From: Octopus vulgaris
Lineage: Eukaryota
Reading direction: 5' to 3'
DNA: 64,000 nt
Assembly (NCBI GenBank): GCA_951406725.2
Contig: OX597827.1
Coordinates: 55,800,001 to 55,864,000 of the forward strand
Within the stretch, counting starts at the first letter, position 1; every line of letters begins with the position of its first letter. Below, in pieces: positions 40,536-53,930 of the stretch. A program made the translations under genes and the position numbers. A model generated the notes under the pieces. That model saw only the letters and a program-made list of their open reading frames with translations, ran no database searches and was not told the origin of the DNA.

Positions 40536-40596
40536 GAGTCTGACGAGTCACCTATACGGCTAAGCGCTTTATAGGTGCGAAACCTAATGGTCACTC
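40536..40596 (+). ncRNA. Type I hammerhead ribozyme, canonical core
   Basis: Stem I gagt/actc; CTGACGA 40540-46; stem II g(t)cacctata/tataggtgc; GAAA 40579-82; stem III cc-taat-gg; cleavage triplet GUC (after 40592). Confidence 0.85.
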
Positions 40597-43067
40597 TGAC
40601 CGGCCATAACAATCAACTTTCCCAGTATATATGTATCTGAAAATACTTGGAAAGACTGTTTTTAAAATTATGTGCTGGAGAAACAAACATTTGCTCGACC
40701 GAATTGGCATCAATGACACGAAAATGATACTTAAATCATTTTATGTAACCATACATATCTAACTGATATAATTTAAACTTAATATATAAGGAACGTATTC
40801 AACTGAATAAATATACATTTCTTTTAATACGTTTTTTTTTTATTAATAATCGGTAGAAGTTACAGGGACTCAAGTACCGAGAATTTCATGCATTGAAAAT
40901 TCTGCTGATTATTGATAAAAAAAAAATCCTATAAATACTCATGTTTCAAGTTCTGTTTTCCTGTTGGCATCACCAAACCCATTTGTATTAATTTCTTTTT
41001 CATCTTTAGTAGTAGTAATTTAATTTTCTCCATTTCTAAATTTACCTCCCCCTACTTATGGGACAAGACCCTGAAATATTTGTTTTATTAGGTTTTATTA
41101 ATTTTTTCATTTTATTTTTTTCTTTTTCTCAAAGTTAATAAATCGTGAAGAATATTTACTTTTTATTTTTGGTGAGTGATAATCTTATTATCACCACCAT
41201 CTAACATTTGGGTACCGTCAGCGGAGCCCACCCCGTTGCAAGTTTTCACTTTCAGGTCTGAGGATCTCCTTCCGAACTGAAAAATCACCATGGGCTTTGC
41301 TCTCCCTCTGCCTCAGAGTCGAAAGAAAAATAATTAAAAAGATACTGTTATGATAAACCCTCCACGTTGTGGTTCGACCTGCTAGAAACAGCAACCAAAT
41401 CTCATCACAACCTACTATTTTAGAAAAAAAAGCAGGATGGATACATTGGATAATGTAATTTAAAAAAACCTGATTTGTTACGACTGGAACAAACCAGGTT
41501 CTTTATCGTAAGCCAGCGCAATCGTGATTAACCTGATTCTAAACAAAGTGTTTCATGACATTTGACAACTTGACTAACAATAGAACTGGTGCTTATGTAC
41601 AAATGTCTACACACAAGGCCAAGTAATGTATATACGTAAATGTAGTTCAATGAATGAAACTAATACGAAAACATCTGAAATTTTTATGGAAAAAGAAGCG
41701 GTTTAAAAGAAAAGCTTACAAACTTAATTAGGCTTCGGTTTTCATACGAACACAAACTGGTGAATTCTGAGAACGACTAAAATGATGGATGCAAAGTTCT
41801 GAATTAAAATCTTCCACTAAACTTTAGTCAGAATTTATGTTCCTAACACTAGCTTAATGATAACTAAGTTATTTTGATAAATTCTTTGTTATATTTAAAA
41901 TTAACTGAAAGAAACACAGCATCTCAACAGAAATGTTGTAACAAAAGAGCTAAGAAGAAATTAAGAATTAAAATCAAATCGTACATTGACAAATTTTGAT
42001 TTAAATGACCATCTAGTCATGAATGTATGTATATACTTTAAAAGTTCCATTTTTAATCCATCGAAAGCTTTTGCCGATCCCGTATAAATTTAACTTGTCA
42101 AATTAGTTACGATGCCTTCTCGTGTATCAAATTTAGTTTTGTGCGCACAAACATCGCCGAAGGATAAAGTAAGGAAGGTTAATAGAAATACGTCTACATC
42201 AACAAGTGCTCAAACACCCAATACAATCGATGTTATTTTGCGTCATCTGCAGTTATTTTGTCTTGAAACCACCGATGAGTCACCATCTTCTAACTCGGTT
42301 TTCAAATGACACTGCTTGACATGAAATACAGCCTAGCCGGTTTATCTAGTAAAAATAAACACCCACAATATATAAATTTGACTAACAATAACGAGAATTT
42401 TAAACCTAACATTTATAAGAATCAGTTTAGGATATTTAGGATTAAACTAAAGATGTTTCTGAATATAATGCGGTCAAACTGTGATACCAAGGGATAAAAT
42501 AGTGGGGGAGAAAAATGATTGTTATTTAGACTCAGATCAAACCGAATTCAACCTAGCTAATATCAGAGAAGTTCCAGTCGTGGCTATCACGTCTTATTTT
42601 CAGACATGGTGTATCTATGACTACATTATCCAAAGTATTCTTTTTTCAAGCTGAAAGATCTGAGTTTAGTAAGATTTTGCTGCTATTTCTGATAGATAGT
42701 GCGACCACTTTGAGTAGTGGTTCTCAACCAGTTATGGCCTGTGGATCCCTCTGATTCATATTTTACTTGGGTGGACCCTCATAGCCATTCGATGTACATA
42801 AAAAAAATTCTATTGTATTTTCATAATTAAATACTATTAGGAACTGCATAAAAATTGTTAGAATATTTTGTATATTGTAAAAGTATAACCAATTTAGTGA
42901 AGATAAATTTTAACAAAATCTTATATGAACCCCAGCTGAAATTGTTAGTTGAGAATCAAGCGGAAAAGGGTGAGACAAAAAAGGCACAGTGTATGTGTGC
43001 GCGTGCACACATACACACACGCCGATATACAAAAGTCAATAGGCATCCTCTCTATGACGGCGAGCTG

Positions 43068-43615
43068 GCAGAAACGTTAGCACGCCGCACGAAATGCGTA
43101 GACGTGTTTCGTCTGCCGTTACGTTCTGAGTTCAAATTCCGCCGAGGTCGACTTTTCCTTTCGGGGGTCGATAAATTAAGTACCAGTTACGCACTGGAGT
43201 CGATGTAATCGACTTAATTCTTTTATAAGGCGGCAAGCCGGCAGAAACGTTAGCGCGCTAGGCGAGATGCTTAGCGGTATTTCGTCTGTCGTTACGTTCT
43301 GAGTTCAAATTCCGCCGAGGTCGACTTTGTCTTTCATCCTTCCGGGATCGATAAATTAAGTACCAGTTACGCACTGGAGTCGATGTAATCGACTTAATCC
43401 GTTTGTTTGTCCTCTCTGTGTTTAGCCCCTTGTGGGTAGTAAAGAAATAGGTATTTCGTCTGCCGCTACGTTCTGAGTTCAAATTCCGCCGAGGTCAACT
43501 TTGCCTTTCATCCTTTCGGGGTCGATTAAATAAGTACCAGTTGCGTACTGGAGTAGTTCTAATCGACTGTCCCCCACCCTCTTCCAAAATTTCGGGCCTT
43601 GTGCCTAGAGTAAAA
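43068..43615 (+). mobile_element. Tandem trimer of SINE family 2 (Meta-domain-like core)
   Basis: Three consecutive units with ctgagttcaaattccgccgaggtcgac...tttcggggtcgataaattaagtaccag. Other copies at about 15800-16260(-), 17345-17530(+), 32700-33130(+), 55755-55938(-), 60370-60585(-), 63200-63415(-). Confidence 0.85.
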
Positions 43616-43663
43616 AAAAATATGCATGCTCTGTCTCTATCTGTCCGTTTGTCTCTCTCTCTT

Positions 43664-43694
<31 letters not shown>

Positions 43695-45047
43695 AACGTA
43701 TGATCAGTAAACAAGCGACTGAAAATACCATGTTTAATATTAACGGTGAAACTATTTTCGTTCACCTTCACATTCCTTCTAGGGGAAAAAATTGTAATAA
43801 AAGAATTTTACCCACTGAATGTCGTTACAGGAAAGCTTCAAGATAATTAAACGTTTTTATTGTTAGAAATATCGCATAAGCAACTCTAACCATCTATGAC
43901 ACTACAATGCTAATTGCAATAAATGAAAATTAACCGCGAATTATTATCGATCTACTTGTAATTGTATTAGAAATTGTTGTTTAGCCAAGGTCAAGTCTGA
44001 TCGCTCAGACATGTGACCAAAATATTCCAGCCATAGCCTTTCTGTCTTTTCAGCTGGGTGGAGTACTACCTTATTTAATATCGCCTTTCCTTTACTGTAC
44101 AATTAATGTCAAGTTTTAATTGTTGCAAATGTATTAAGTTGTACTGGTCGAGAAATTCTCAAGAGATTGCGATATTTGCAGATACAGACCACTCCTAGTG
44201 TAACAGTTGAAATAACGAACAAAATTTTAAATGCATTAAGACAGAATGTGCTTGAAGTCTTTGCAAAACTAAAAGAATTTTTTTTAATTACGACAAAGTT
44301 ACAAAATTTTAATTTTGAAGATACTTTGAGTGACCTCCCTTTAATATTTCATCGCTATAGTTCTTTCATTCAAGATTCTCATCCATACCAGTAAAACCGC
44401 ATTATACCTGCACTTTTAAGCCTGGACTGAAATCAATCAATCAATCAATAATTTCTCATTATGTATCAATCAGATAAATATTGAAAGCAACTAGGATAGA
44501 ACCAATTGTTTGAAAATATATAACCAGAGATACATTTATGAATAAGAGATTAACCCTATTGACTTTGGGGAAGGACAAATTTAAGGTTGACAATAATGCC
44601 TGTTTCAGAGGTGTCAAAAATCTAAATGAAGTGAAATAGATATAACGATGAAGCAAGAATTGTTGACTTATTCAGCTTCAAAGGTTGCTGCCAATGTTTA
44701 GTCTTGCAAAATTGAGATGATGTATATCATCATCATTGTTATTTTAAAGGTCACTTTTTCATGCCTGCATGGATTGTACAGAATTTATTGAGGTAGATTT
44801 TCTATGGTTGGATGCCTTTCCTAGTACCAACCCTCATGTATTTCCGAGCAAGATAATGTTTCTCCATGGTCAAACATTTTTTTCACAAAACAATGGAAAT
44901 GAATGACACTGCTTGTATGACAGTAATACTCGTTTACAACTGTCATGTGATGTCAAGACAAGGATATATAAACATATACACAGTCTCACACACACACATT
45001 ATATATATATATATATTACCACACAGCCACTCCTACGCCTATATATA

Positions 45048-45081
<34 letters not shown>

Positions 45082-45089
45082 TATATATA

Positions 45090-45470
45090 GGCGTAGGAGT
45101 GGCTGTGTGCTAAGTAGCTTGCTTACGAACCACATGGTTCTGGGTTCAGTCCCTCTGCGTGGCACCTTGGGCAAGTGTCTTCTACTATAGCCTCGGGCCG
45201 ACCAAAGCCTTGTGAGTGGATTTGGTAGACAGAAGACCGTCGTGTATATGTATGTGTGTGTTTGTGCGTCTGTGTTTGTCCCACCAACATCACTTAACAA
45301 CCGATGCTGGTGTGTTTATGTCCCAGTAACTTAGCAGTTTGGCAAAAGAGACCAATAGAATAAGTACTAGGCTTACAATGAATAAGTCCTGGAGTAGATT
45401 TGCTTGACTAAAGGCGGTGCTCCAGCATGGCCACAGTCACATGACTGAAACAAGTAAAAGGGTAAATGAG
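45090..45470 (+). mobile_element. tRNA-derived SINE family 1 (representative copy)
   Basis: Head ggcgtaggagtggctgtgtg.taag...ggttcagtccc (A/B boxes), internal (TG)n, tail atgactgaaacaagtaaaag. Other copies at 11712-12118(-), 31885-32212(-), 32228-32603(-), 36633-37135(+), partials at about 15510, 51850, 58010. Confidence 0.9.
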
Positions 45471-45939
45471 AGAGCATATACACAGAGACATACATAAATA
45501 TATTTATAAATGACAGGTTTCTTTCAGTTTCTGTCAACTAGATCCATTCACAAGTCTGTTTGGTGTAGCATTATAGTAGAACTTGTTCAACATGCCATAG
45601 AGTAAGGCTGAACTCGAAACCATGTGGTTGGGAAGCTAACTTCTTAACTATACAGTCATTCCTGTGTACACACACACATACACACAATTATCTTATGATT
45701 CTTCATGAGTCAGACCTTATCTAGACTTGCTACAAATCACCCTTTTCTCTTACAAGTGTAAGTTATGAACACCAAAGGTCTTTTAATTTAAAAATAGAAA
45801 AAAGATCTTGTAACAAACCACACAGCTAATCAAATCTAAGTAATTTTCAGAAAAAATTTAATAAATGACTGATTTAATACTTATGGTTTGAATTTTTTTT
45901 TTCTTTTTTTTTGTTATCTCAGAATACGCAAAGGATTTA

Positions 45940-46922
45940 ATGTAGCCTCAGAAGAAAAAGTGCATGGGAGTTAAATCTGGTGACTGTGGCGCCCATTCAA
46001 TTGGCACACAATGCCTGAGACATCTTCTGGGAAAATGTTCATTCTGAAAATCACGAACAAGAAAATGTATGTGAGGCATCATCTTGTTGCTAAACATGAC
46101 CAGATATGAATCACCTGTCACAGAGCTCTCAAAATAAAGTGGTCCAATTATTTGATTGTGCCAAATTTTTTTAAAGCATATACAAACAAGTAGAAACACC
46201 ACCCACTGGGCAGTTTTTATGAAGGGAGGGCCTCATATTGTGTGTGTGTGTGTATTACTGAGACTAAACATCACAGTTCTCAAGTTGTATTTATCTTATC
46301 TTTCTTCACAGGTGTTATCCATTATTTGTAAGACATATATGTAAACATATGAATATATGTTTTCTTACGTAAAAAGCACCCACTACACTCACGGAGTGGT
46401 TGGCGTTAGGAAGGGCATCCAGCCGTAGAAACACTGCCAGATTTGACTGGGCCTGATGAAGCCTTCTGGCTTCACAGACCCCAGTAGAACTGTCCAACCC
46501 ATGCTAGCATGGAAAGCGGATGCTAAACGATGATGATGATGATGATGATGATTAAAGCTGGAGACGTCCATGTTGATGCACTGCTTTGTGTATGTGTCTA
46601 TATACAGGGTGGCCATAAAGTCATGCACCATCCTGCAATATGTGAAATTGCAAAATTCCCTTTTTTTTTAATCTCTTTTCATAACTGCCGATATTACACA
46701 CAAACCAATCCTCATTGGATGGAGGCAGATAATCAACAAGGTTGGGTCAAGGTAATGGTGTAGTGTGGGATTTGGCACAATCAAATAATTGGACCACTTT
46801 ATTTTGAGGGCTCTGTGACAGGTGATTCATATCTGGATATGCTTAGTAACAAGATGATGCCTCACATACATTCACTTGTTCATGATTTTCAGAATGGAAA
46901 TTTTCCCAGATGTCTCAGGCAT
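45940..46922. mobile_element. Two inverted fragments of a Tc1/mariner-family transposase
   Basis: 46011-46166 is inverted relative to 46770-46922. Minus frame contains EWAPQSPDLTPMHFF (WPxxSPDL motif). TIR-like tacagggtggcc at about 46604. Confidence 0.75.
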
Positions 46923-47094
46923 CGTTGTTTAAAAAAATGTCCGTTTCCATGGTTTTGTTTTTATGTTTTCGTTTCTCATTGTGTTCAATGTTTTTTTGGT
47001 GTCCTGAACCCATATATGCATGTATATGTACATATAGATGTAGGTACATACATATATGTATGTATATATGCATATCTTTTATTTATTATTTCGT

Positions 47095-47139
<45 letters not shown>

Positions 47140-47765
47140 ACTATGTTTTCCAGTCTGTCCTTTTAAGATGGAAAGTTCTGATTTCAGGGAAATTTGACTG
47201 CTGTATCCACCAGGTTGCATGCCTATGAGAGAATCTTCCCTTGTTGGCTCTATGAAAACTTTGTTGAGAAACTAAACAATGATAAAATATATTCTAAATC
47301 TGAAAATCCCAGTAGTATATCAGGAAATACATTATTCAATATAGCTTTATTTATTATATATTGTAATATGTGAGTGTTTTGGTTGCTATTTTCTACAGAT
47401 TGAATGGCCACTTGTTAAAAAAAAAATATGCAAATGACCAATAGTGTTCTTTTCATTTGTCCGATTTATACTTTCTTTCATATCTTTTTTCATGAGGTGA
47501 TTGAACTGCAAGCAGGCTTAGCAGTTCATTACTTCTTTGAAGTTGTTGCATTTAGATATGATCTCAGTTTTGTCTTAGGGTAGTGAGGTTTTCTTTTAGC
47601 CCAATACATACATATAAATCATCACTATAATAAGATTGCACTGTCATTGTATACATATCTTGCATTGTCAGATAATAAGTAACTCAAAACATTATTCAGC
47701 TACTCTATTAATGGTATTTAAATTAAATACAAGTTATTCCTGTGATTTTATTTGTTCATCTTCAG

Positions 47766-47850
47766 ATTAACAGCAACAGCCTACGAGCTAAAAAAGATTG
47801 ATGACAGTCTCCTCAGTGGTAGAGATTACATTATGGCCCAGCTAACCTAA
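47766..47850 (+). CDS. Probable terminal coding exon of an unidentified plus-strand gene
   Basis: Acceptor tttgttcatcttcag|, phase 2, LTATAYELKKIDDSLLSGRDYIMAQLT* followed by AATAAA at 47856-47861. Upstream exons not resolved. Confidence 0.45.
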
Positions 47851-49509
47851 CTGTAAATAAATTCACCACTAAACAATAATGCTGGTGCCTTATGAGCCAA
47901 AGAAGGCACTTCTACATGAATGCTCAAAATTCAAGAAATAGTAACCATATCTCCTTCAAATTACATGAAACCATATCCAAAAGGAAGGAAATATGATTTG
48001 TAACAGCATTTGAATATTTTATAGACTTTAGACAGACACACAAACACATTATGTTGATCTCAGCAGCATTTGAACTCGGAAAGTAAAGACGGATGAAATG
48101 CTACTAAGCATTTTGCTTGGCATGCTAATAATTCTGCCAGCATACAATAATGCAAAGAGACACAGCTAGACCAATGATGCAATTAGTTCTTCTGGGTGTT
48201 CAATTGGCTCATGTTATGTTACGCTTTGCTAAAGAAAACCAACTTTTGTTATGTAAACTATATTAAACTGAGAGATTTGACATATTGAGTTGGAAAACTT
48301 TGGTTAGCTAAGGTTATCTATGTAATTGATAGACAAAAACTTCACCTAAGAAGTGTTAAAAATCTAAAATTAGTAATTAAAGGAAATAACTTCAAAATCA
48401 ACCACTCAAATTTATGGAAGATAAAGATGTAAGAGCCAAAATGGGAATGGCTCTTACAATAGGTTAAGATTTAACAAAGTTTGGTTCACAGTAATGTCTG
48501 TAGCAAGAATCTGTTGGAATGTCTTCATTACAGACAGAATCATGTCATGCTTGAAAGAATCTCTTGTTATTATTATTTAGTCAAGGTCAGCCCTGATCCG
48601 GTATGCAAAATGATCAAAAGCATTCCACCCATGGCTGTCTTGCTTTTAAAGGGCATATGGGAGTACATTTTCTAATGCAATCTTTTGTTATTTAAGATGG
48701 TGGAATATGAGTTGAGATAGATTTAGCTGCTATTTCTAGCAAATTGAGAAACCATGTAGAGGCATCCTCCTTGATACCTCTATGTAGGTGCGATGCACTG
48801 TCAATGCTTGTGAAAATTTATGAACTGATGAATATGATATCATATAAGTTAACCCGTTAGCATTAAGATTACTTTGTCAAATGTAATGTTTATTTCTTCA
48901 CATCGATCTCTCATTGTGGAAGGGGCAGACCCAGGTAGACATGGAACAAAGTGGTGAGAAAGGATCTTCAGATGTTGGGCCTCACAGGTGGGGATGACAG
49001 GATCCTTGCATACAGGTATGTCCCCTGTATCCCTCTACAGCTGGGTATTCGTAATCTTGCAGGCTTGTAGGTGCTGGTGCAACACAAATGCACCCATGTC
49101 AGTGCTGCATAACAGTACCCAGTACACTCTGTAAAGTGGTTGGTGTTCGGAAGAGCATCCAGTCATAAAAACCAAGCCAAAATAGACATGGAGCTGGGGC
49201 AGTTCTTCAGATGGCCCACTCATGTCAAACTGTCCAACCAGCATGGAAAGCAAACATTAAATAATGATGATGATGATGATGATTGTTTTGAAATAAACAT
49301 GCATTTATTTCGTAGCTTCAAGATTTTAACGATGCGATTGTTTATTTTTTAGAACAACATTGTAAGATAGATGTGAGAGGTTGAATGTGGTCAGTTTGAA
49401 CAAAAGACAGGCAGAACTTTTTTGCCTGATGTGGCCAGTTCAAATGTGAAAGGGTTAATGTCTAAAAATAAACTTATGGGAAGTTATGCTGCAAAGTATT
49501 TATTAGTTC

Positions 49510-50022
49510 TAAGAGAGGCAGAATTCTGGTTTATGCATTCTATATAACCCTTCATAACTTCCCTATTTTTTTTGAATTTTCAGAAAATGTTCGTGAATTT
49601 GTGTTTTACGCATGGGAAATCATACGACTAAGCTAAAACCAGAATTGAAAAAAAAAAAAAAATTTGTGATTTAAGGTGTATTTAGCTGTTATTTTTAGCA
49701 CATCTCACAGCCATCTCATACTGTTCTTGTTTGTTTTGTCACTGATGCTTTGATGTTTTTCAATATCCTGGTCTATAGCTGAGATTTAAACCAAAAATTC
49801 AGACTGTCTGTATATTTAACTGTGATTTAAAAACAAAATAGTTTGAAAAATGTTTTTAAATAATTTTTTTTTAAAACCTCAAAAGATTCAAAAACATTTT
49901 TTTTTTTTTCATAATCATGAAATCCCATGTGTAGAACACAAATTCGCAAACATTTTCTAAAAATTCTAAAGTGAAAATGTTACAAGAGGTTATATGGGAT
50001 GCATAAAGTACAATTCCACCCT
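49510..50022. mobile_element. Old MITE with long (about 110 bp) degenerate TIRs
   Basis: tttatgcattctatataacc...gaatttgtgttttacgcatggga is mirrored by tcccatgtgtagaacacaaattc...ggttatatgggatgcataaa. Confidence 0.65.
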
Positions 50023-50729
50023 AAGGAGAGGAGGTAATATCCAAACCATTTATTGCATATATTTTGTTTCAATGAAAAATTTCATTTTCTTTTTTTTTTT
50101 TTTAATTAATAAATAAAAAATAAAGAGTCATGGAGATATAAATATCCACTGAACACTTGAGAATAAACAAAAAAACTATTCCCTCGCCAAAAAAAAAAAA
50201 AAACCAAATAATTATTACATATGTCTTTTAAAATAGTAATTTTCAAAATGTTCAGTTTATTTGAAAATGCTAGTATAAGAAAAAAAATATGTAAAAATGA
50301 GAGAGGTGGCTATTTTAAAGATTGAACATTTTTTTTAGTTCACGAAGCACTATGCAATTTTTAAAACTTGAAGGATTTCTTGTATGGACAAGATATGTTC
50401 AGGCATTGTTCAGAAAATAAATGAATAAATATGTCTACACAGGATCAGTTTTCCATTTTTTTCTTTCCTTTTTTTTCTTTTTATTATTTGCATTTTTTTT
50501 TGTTTGTTTTTCTAAATCAGTGCCAAAGTCTGAAAGCAGTAATTCAGAAGAATTTCGATTGCTGTTCACAACCAACAAATGCACAAAAAGAGTTCTTTCG
50601 ACTGCTCTAAAATTGTTTATTTAAAATCATTATGTATATATATATATATACACACACAAACATATGTACCCATATACATATGTGTATACATATATATATA
50701 TATATATATACATATATACTCATATCCAT

Positions 50730-50765
<36 letters not shown>

Positions 50766-51683
50766 CTACACACACACACAAACACATGCACATATATACA
50801 CATATATAGCTATACATCCACACACACATATATATACATAGCTATACCCACACATACCTGCATGTCTGTGTGCATGTATCGAATATGTGTGTGTGTGTGT
50901 ATGTGTCTATATATATAAATTTATGCATACTCCTAAATATATATATTCACATATGTTATATATAAAGAGAGTGGATCCATGTAAATGAAAGTATTTTTTT
51001 TATAAAAATAAGATGAGTTTATGCAATCTTGATGAACAATATATTTTTTGTTTTAGCAAATTCTAATGGTTTGCAAAAAGAACTTTCAAAGTAGATTTTG
51101 AAGTTTGAATATATAAACTCAACCGATTTTCGTTTTTCTTCTTTTCACTGACTCATGATGCACACATGTATACGTTCATTTACAGAAAATCATAAAGAAA
51201 CACATACAGCTTCACAGTCATCCAGTGTTTACATTCTATAGAATTATATGTACAGAAACACGTGTATTATATACCTCTTTAGTGAACTCATATTTGTGAA
51301 GAATATAGGAGATCTTGCTGAAAAATTCACACACTAATTTGTATGTGCACTCACACACACACACACACACACACACTGGCATGCATGTACACACTCATAC
51401 ACACACACAAATATATATTGTGAAAATAATGCAAGATTAAAAGGAAGTAGTTACTTTAACAGAAGATAGGACTTTGTGGCTATTATTTAGTTGGTATGTC
51501 AAATTTTTTGGAAACCATAACCCCATGTTCTTCTAATGTTCCTCATACCTCCAAAAAGTCCTTTCTTTGTACCGATGTATATGTTTGTGTGTATGTGTGT
51601 GTAGCTTCATTCCATGAATTTTTTTTTCGCTTGTTTTAGATGATATGATAAACACCTTGTTTTTTTTGTTTTTTTTAAAGATG

Positions 51684-51767
51684 TCACTGGCTCTGTTGTT
51701 CAAGCTGCAGTTTTCGATTCTCTCGTGAGAGACGAGATATTTCCTTACCCAGTGTATCAAGGCTGTC
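51684..51767 (-). CDS. CCDC186: CCDC186 terminal coding exon
   Basis: Acceptor ctttctctccacag|, phase 0, DSLDTLGKEISRLSRENRKLQLEQQSQ* (TGA at 51686-51684). Continues the previous exon like vertebrate ENLQTLGTEIERL. An AT-rich putative 3'UTR follows. Confidence 0.9.
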   Translation of the reverse strand, partial: DSLDTLGKEISRLSRENRKLQLEQQSQ

Positions 51768-52523
51768 CTGTGGAGAGAAAGAGAGAGACACATCAAAGTA
51801 ATTATTACAGAAAAATTAAAAATAGATTTTCTTTTTATTGTGATTATTTAGCTTTTAATTGTTTTAGCCATTGGACTGAAGCCATGCTGGAGCACCACCT
51901 TGGATAGTTTAGTCAAATAAATCAACCCAATACTTATTCTGTTTGTCTCTTTTGCCAAACTACTAAGTTACAAGGATGTAAACAAACCAACACCAGTTAT
52001 CGAACAGTAGCGCGAGATAAACATAACACACACACATACACACACGCTAACATATATATATGAATTATAAGGCACTAAAAGAGAATGACTCTCCCCAGAC
52101 AGTACAGAAATATATATATATATTGTCCTAGGTGCTGTGCAGTATGGCTGAACCCAATACCATATGGTTGGGAAATAAGTGTCTTAACCTCATAGCCATG
52201 CCTGTACCTATGTAACTGATTAGTTTAGCATTTATTTTTCCTTGAGAAAGCACAATTCACAATTACAGGACTGCAAATGTCTGTAAAAGGATATAATATT
52301 GTTTCAAACATAGGCACAAAGCTTGAGGATTGGAGGGAGTAGGTAAGTCAATTCTTGATTCATTCTTTAATTTATTGATCCTGAAGAATAAAGAGTTGGA
52401 ATAAATACTACAAGGCATTTTGCCCAATACTCCTGATGACTCAACACCTTTTTTGAAAGGAATTAATGATTTCCAGCACAGATACAAAACCACAAATTTT
52501 CAGAAGTAGGGCTAGTTGATTAA

Positions 52524-52745
52524 CTCTTTTGATACCAACCTGGCTGAAACTGTCTCTGGCTCTGTGGTACAAATGTCTTGTTTTCAAAAGTTCTGAATTA
52601 AAATCTTCCACCAAACCTTAGTCACAATTTATGTTCCTAACACTAGCTTAATGATAACTAAGTTATTTTATTAAATTCTTTGTTATATTTAAAATTAATT
52701 GAAAGAAACATGGAGCATCTCAACAGAAATATGGTAACAAAAGGG
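52524..52745. mobile_element. piggyBac-type MITE (second family)
   Basis: TTAA flanks, ctcttttgatacca / tggtaacaaaaggg TIRs. Partial homologue at about 41790-41953. Confidence 0.7.
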
Positions 52746-53732
52746 TTAAACCAACCCTAATACGTGGCTGGTATTCATTTTACCAATCTCAGCAGGGTGA
52801 GAAGCTAAGTTATCATGGTAGGATTAGAACTTTGACTGCAAACGCATACAACTACATACTTATTATCCTAGTTAGCCTTACTGAATTAAAAATAAAGGGG
52901 TAAAAATCCATAATTTGAGGAAATTAATGATGGCCTGTGTTGGCTAACAATTAATTCATGACAAAAGTTCATAAAAGGATTGATAAATTTAATTACTGTA
53001 AAAAGTGGAGAATATAATATTTCTGGTCTTTGCACTTTGAGAGTTAAAGAAAAGGAAAAGAAAGTGGTGTTGTCACAATTCAAGTGACAACACTTTTTTC
53101 TTTCTTACTCTTAAGTGAAGGGTAGTGATTCCTAAGCACTTCTATGAAATAAAAATAGGCAACATTTCTACTTCACAGTTGAGGAGTTTGCTATAGAAAG
53201 ACCAATGAGTTATAAAAACAAGAAATAGATCATCTAAGTAATGGAAAGTGGATGCAAGTTCCTAAAATCAAAAAAAAAAAAATGAACAAAAAAAAGAGGG
53301 GGTAACCCATTCATTTATCATGAATACCTGAAGAATGTGATATATTTTATGTTAATCTACAATATTTCATGCAATATATTTGGCATGATCTATTGTTGGA
53401 AGGATATTTGGCTAATTAACACAGGAATTTTTGTTACATTAAATTAAAGCAGTACAAAATATATTTAAGGCTAAATTAAAACCTGGCATCTGAAGAAACT
53501 GGTGATGGTTTGTATCAGTAACAATGAGCCAATAAAAGAGTTCATGCAAGAGTTTAAGAATTTCAATATTTTCACCTCTCACAGTAACTGAACTTATGAA
53601 AAGGTGTTAGAAACACAAATTTGGAGAAGAAGAAACTCTAACAGAAAGCAAAATATTTCAGTAAAAATGTACCCTGATAAGCACAAAACAAAAGAATTCA
53701 TTAATGTAGCTTTGTTTTCCTTATATTCTTTA

Positions 53733-53930
<198 letters not shown>

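Noticed and set aside
41250-41295. CTGAGGA...GAAA hammerhead-like string
   Set aside because: No stem II, stem III or stem I pairing.
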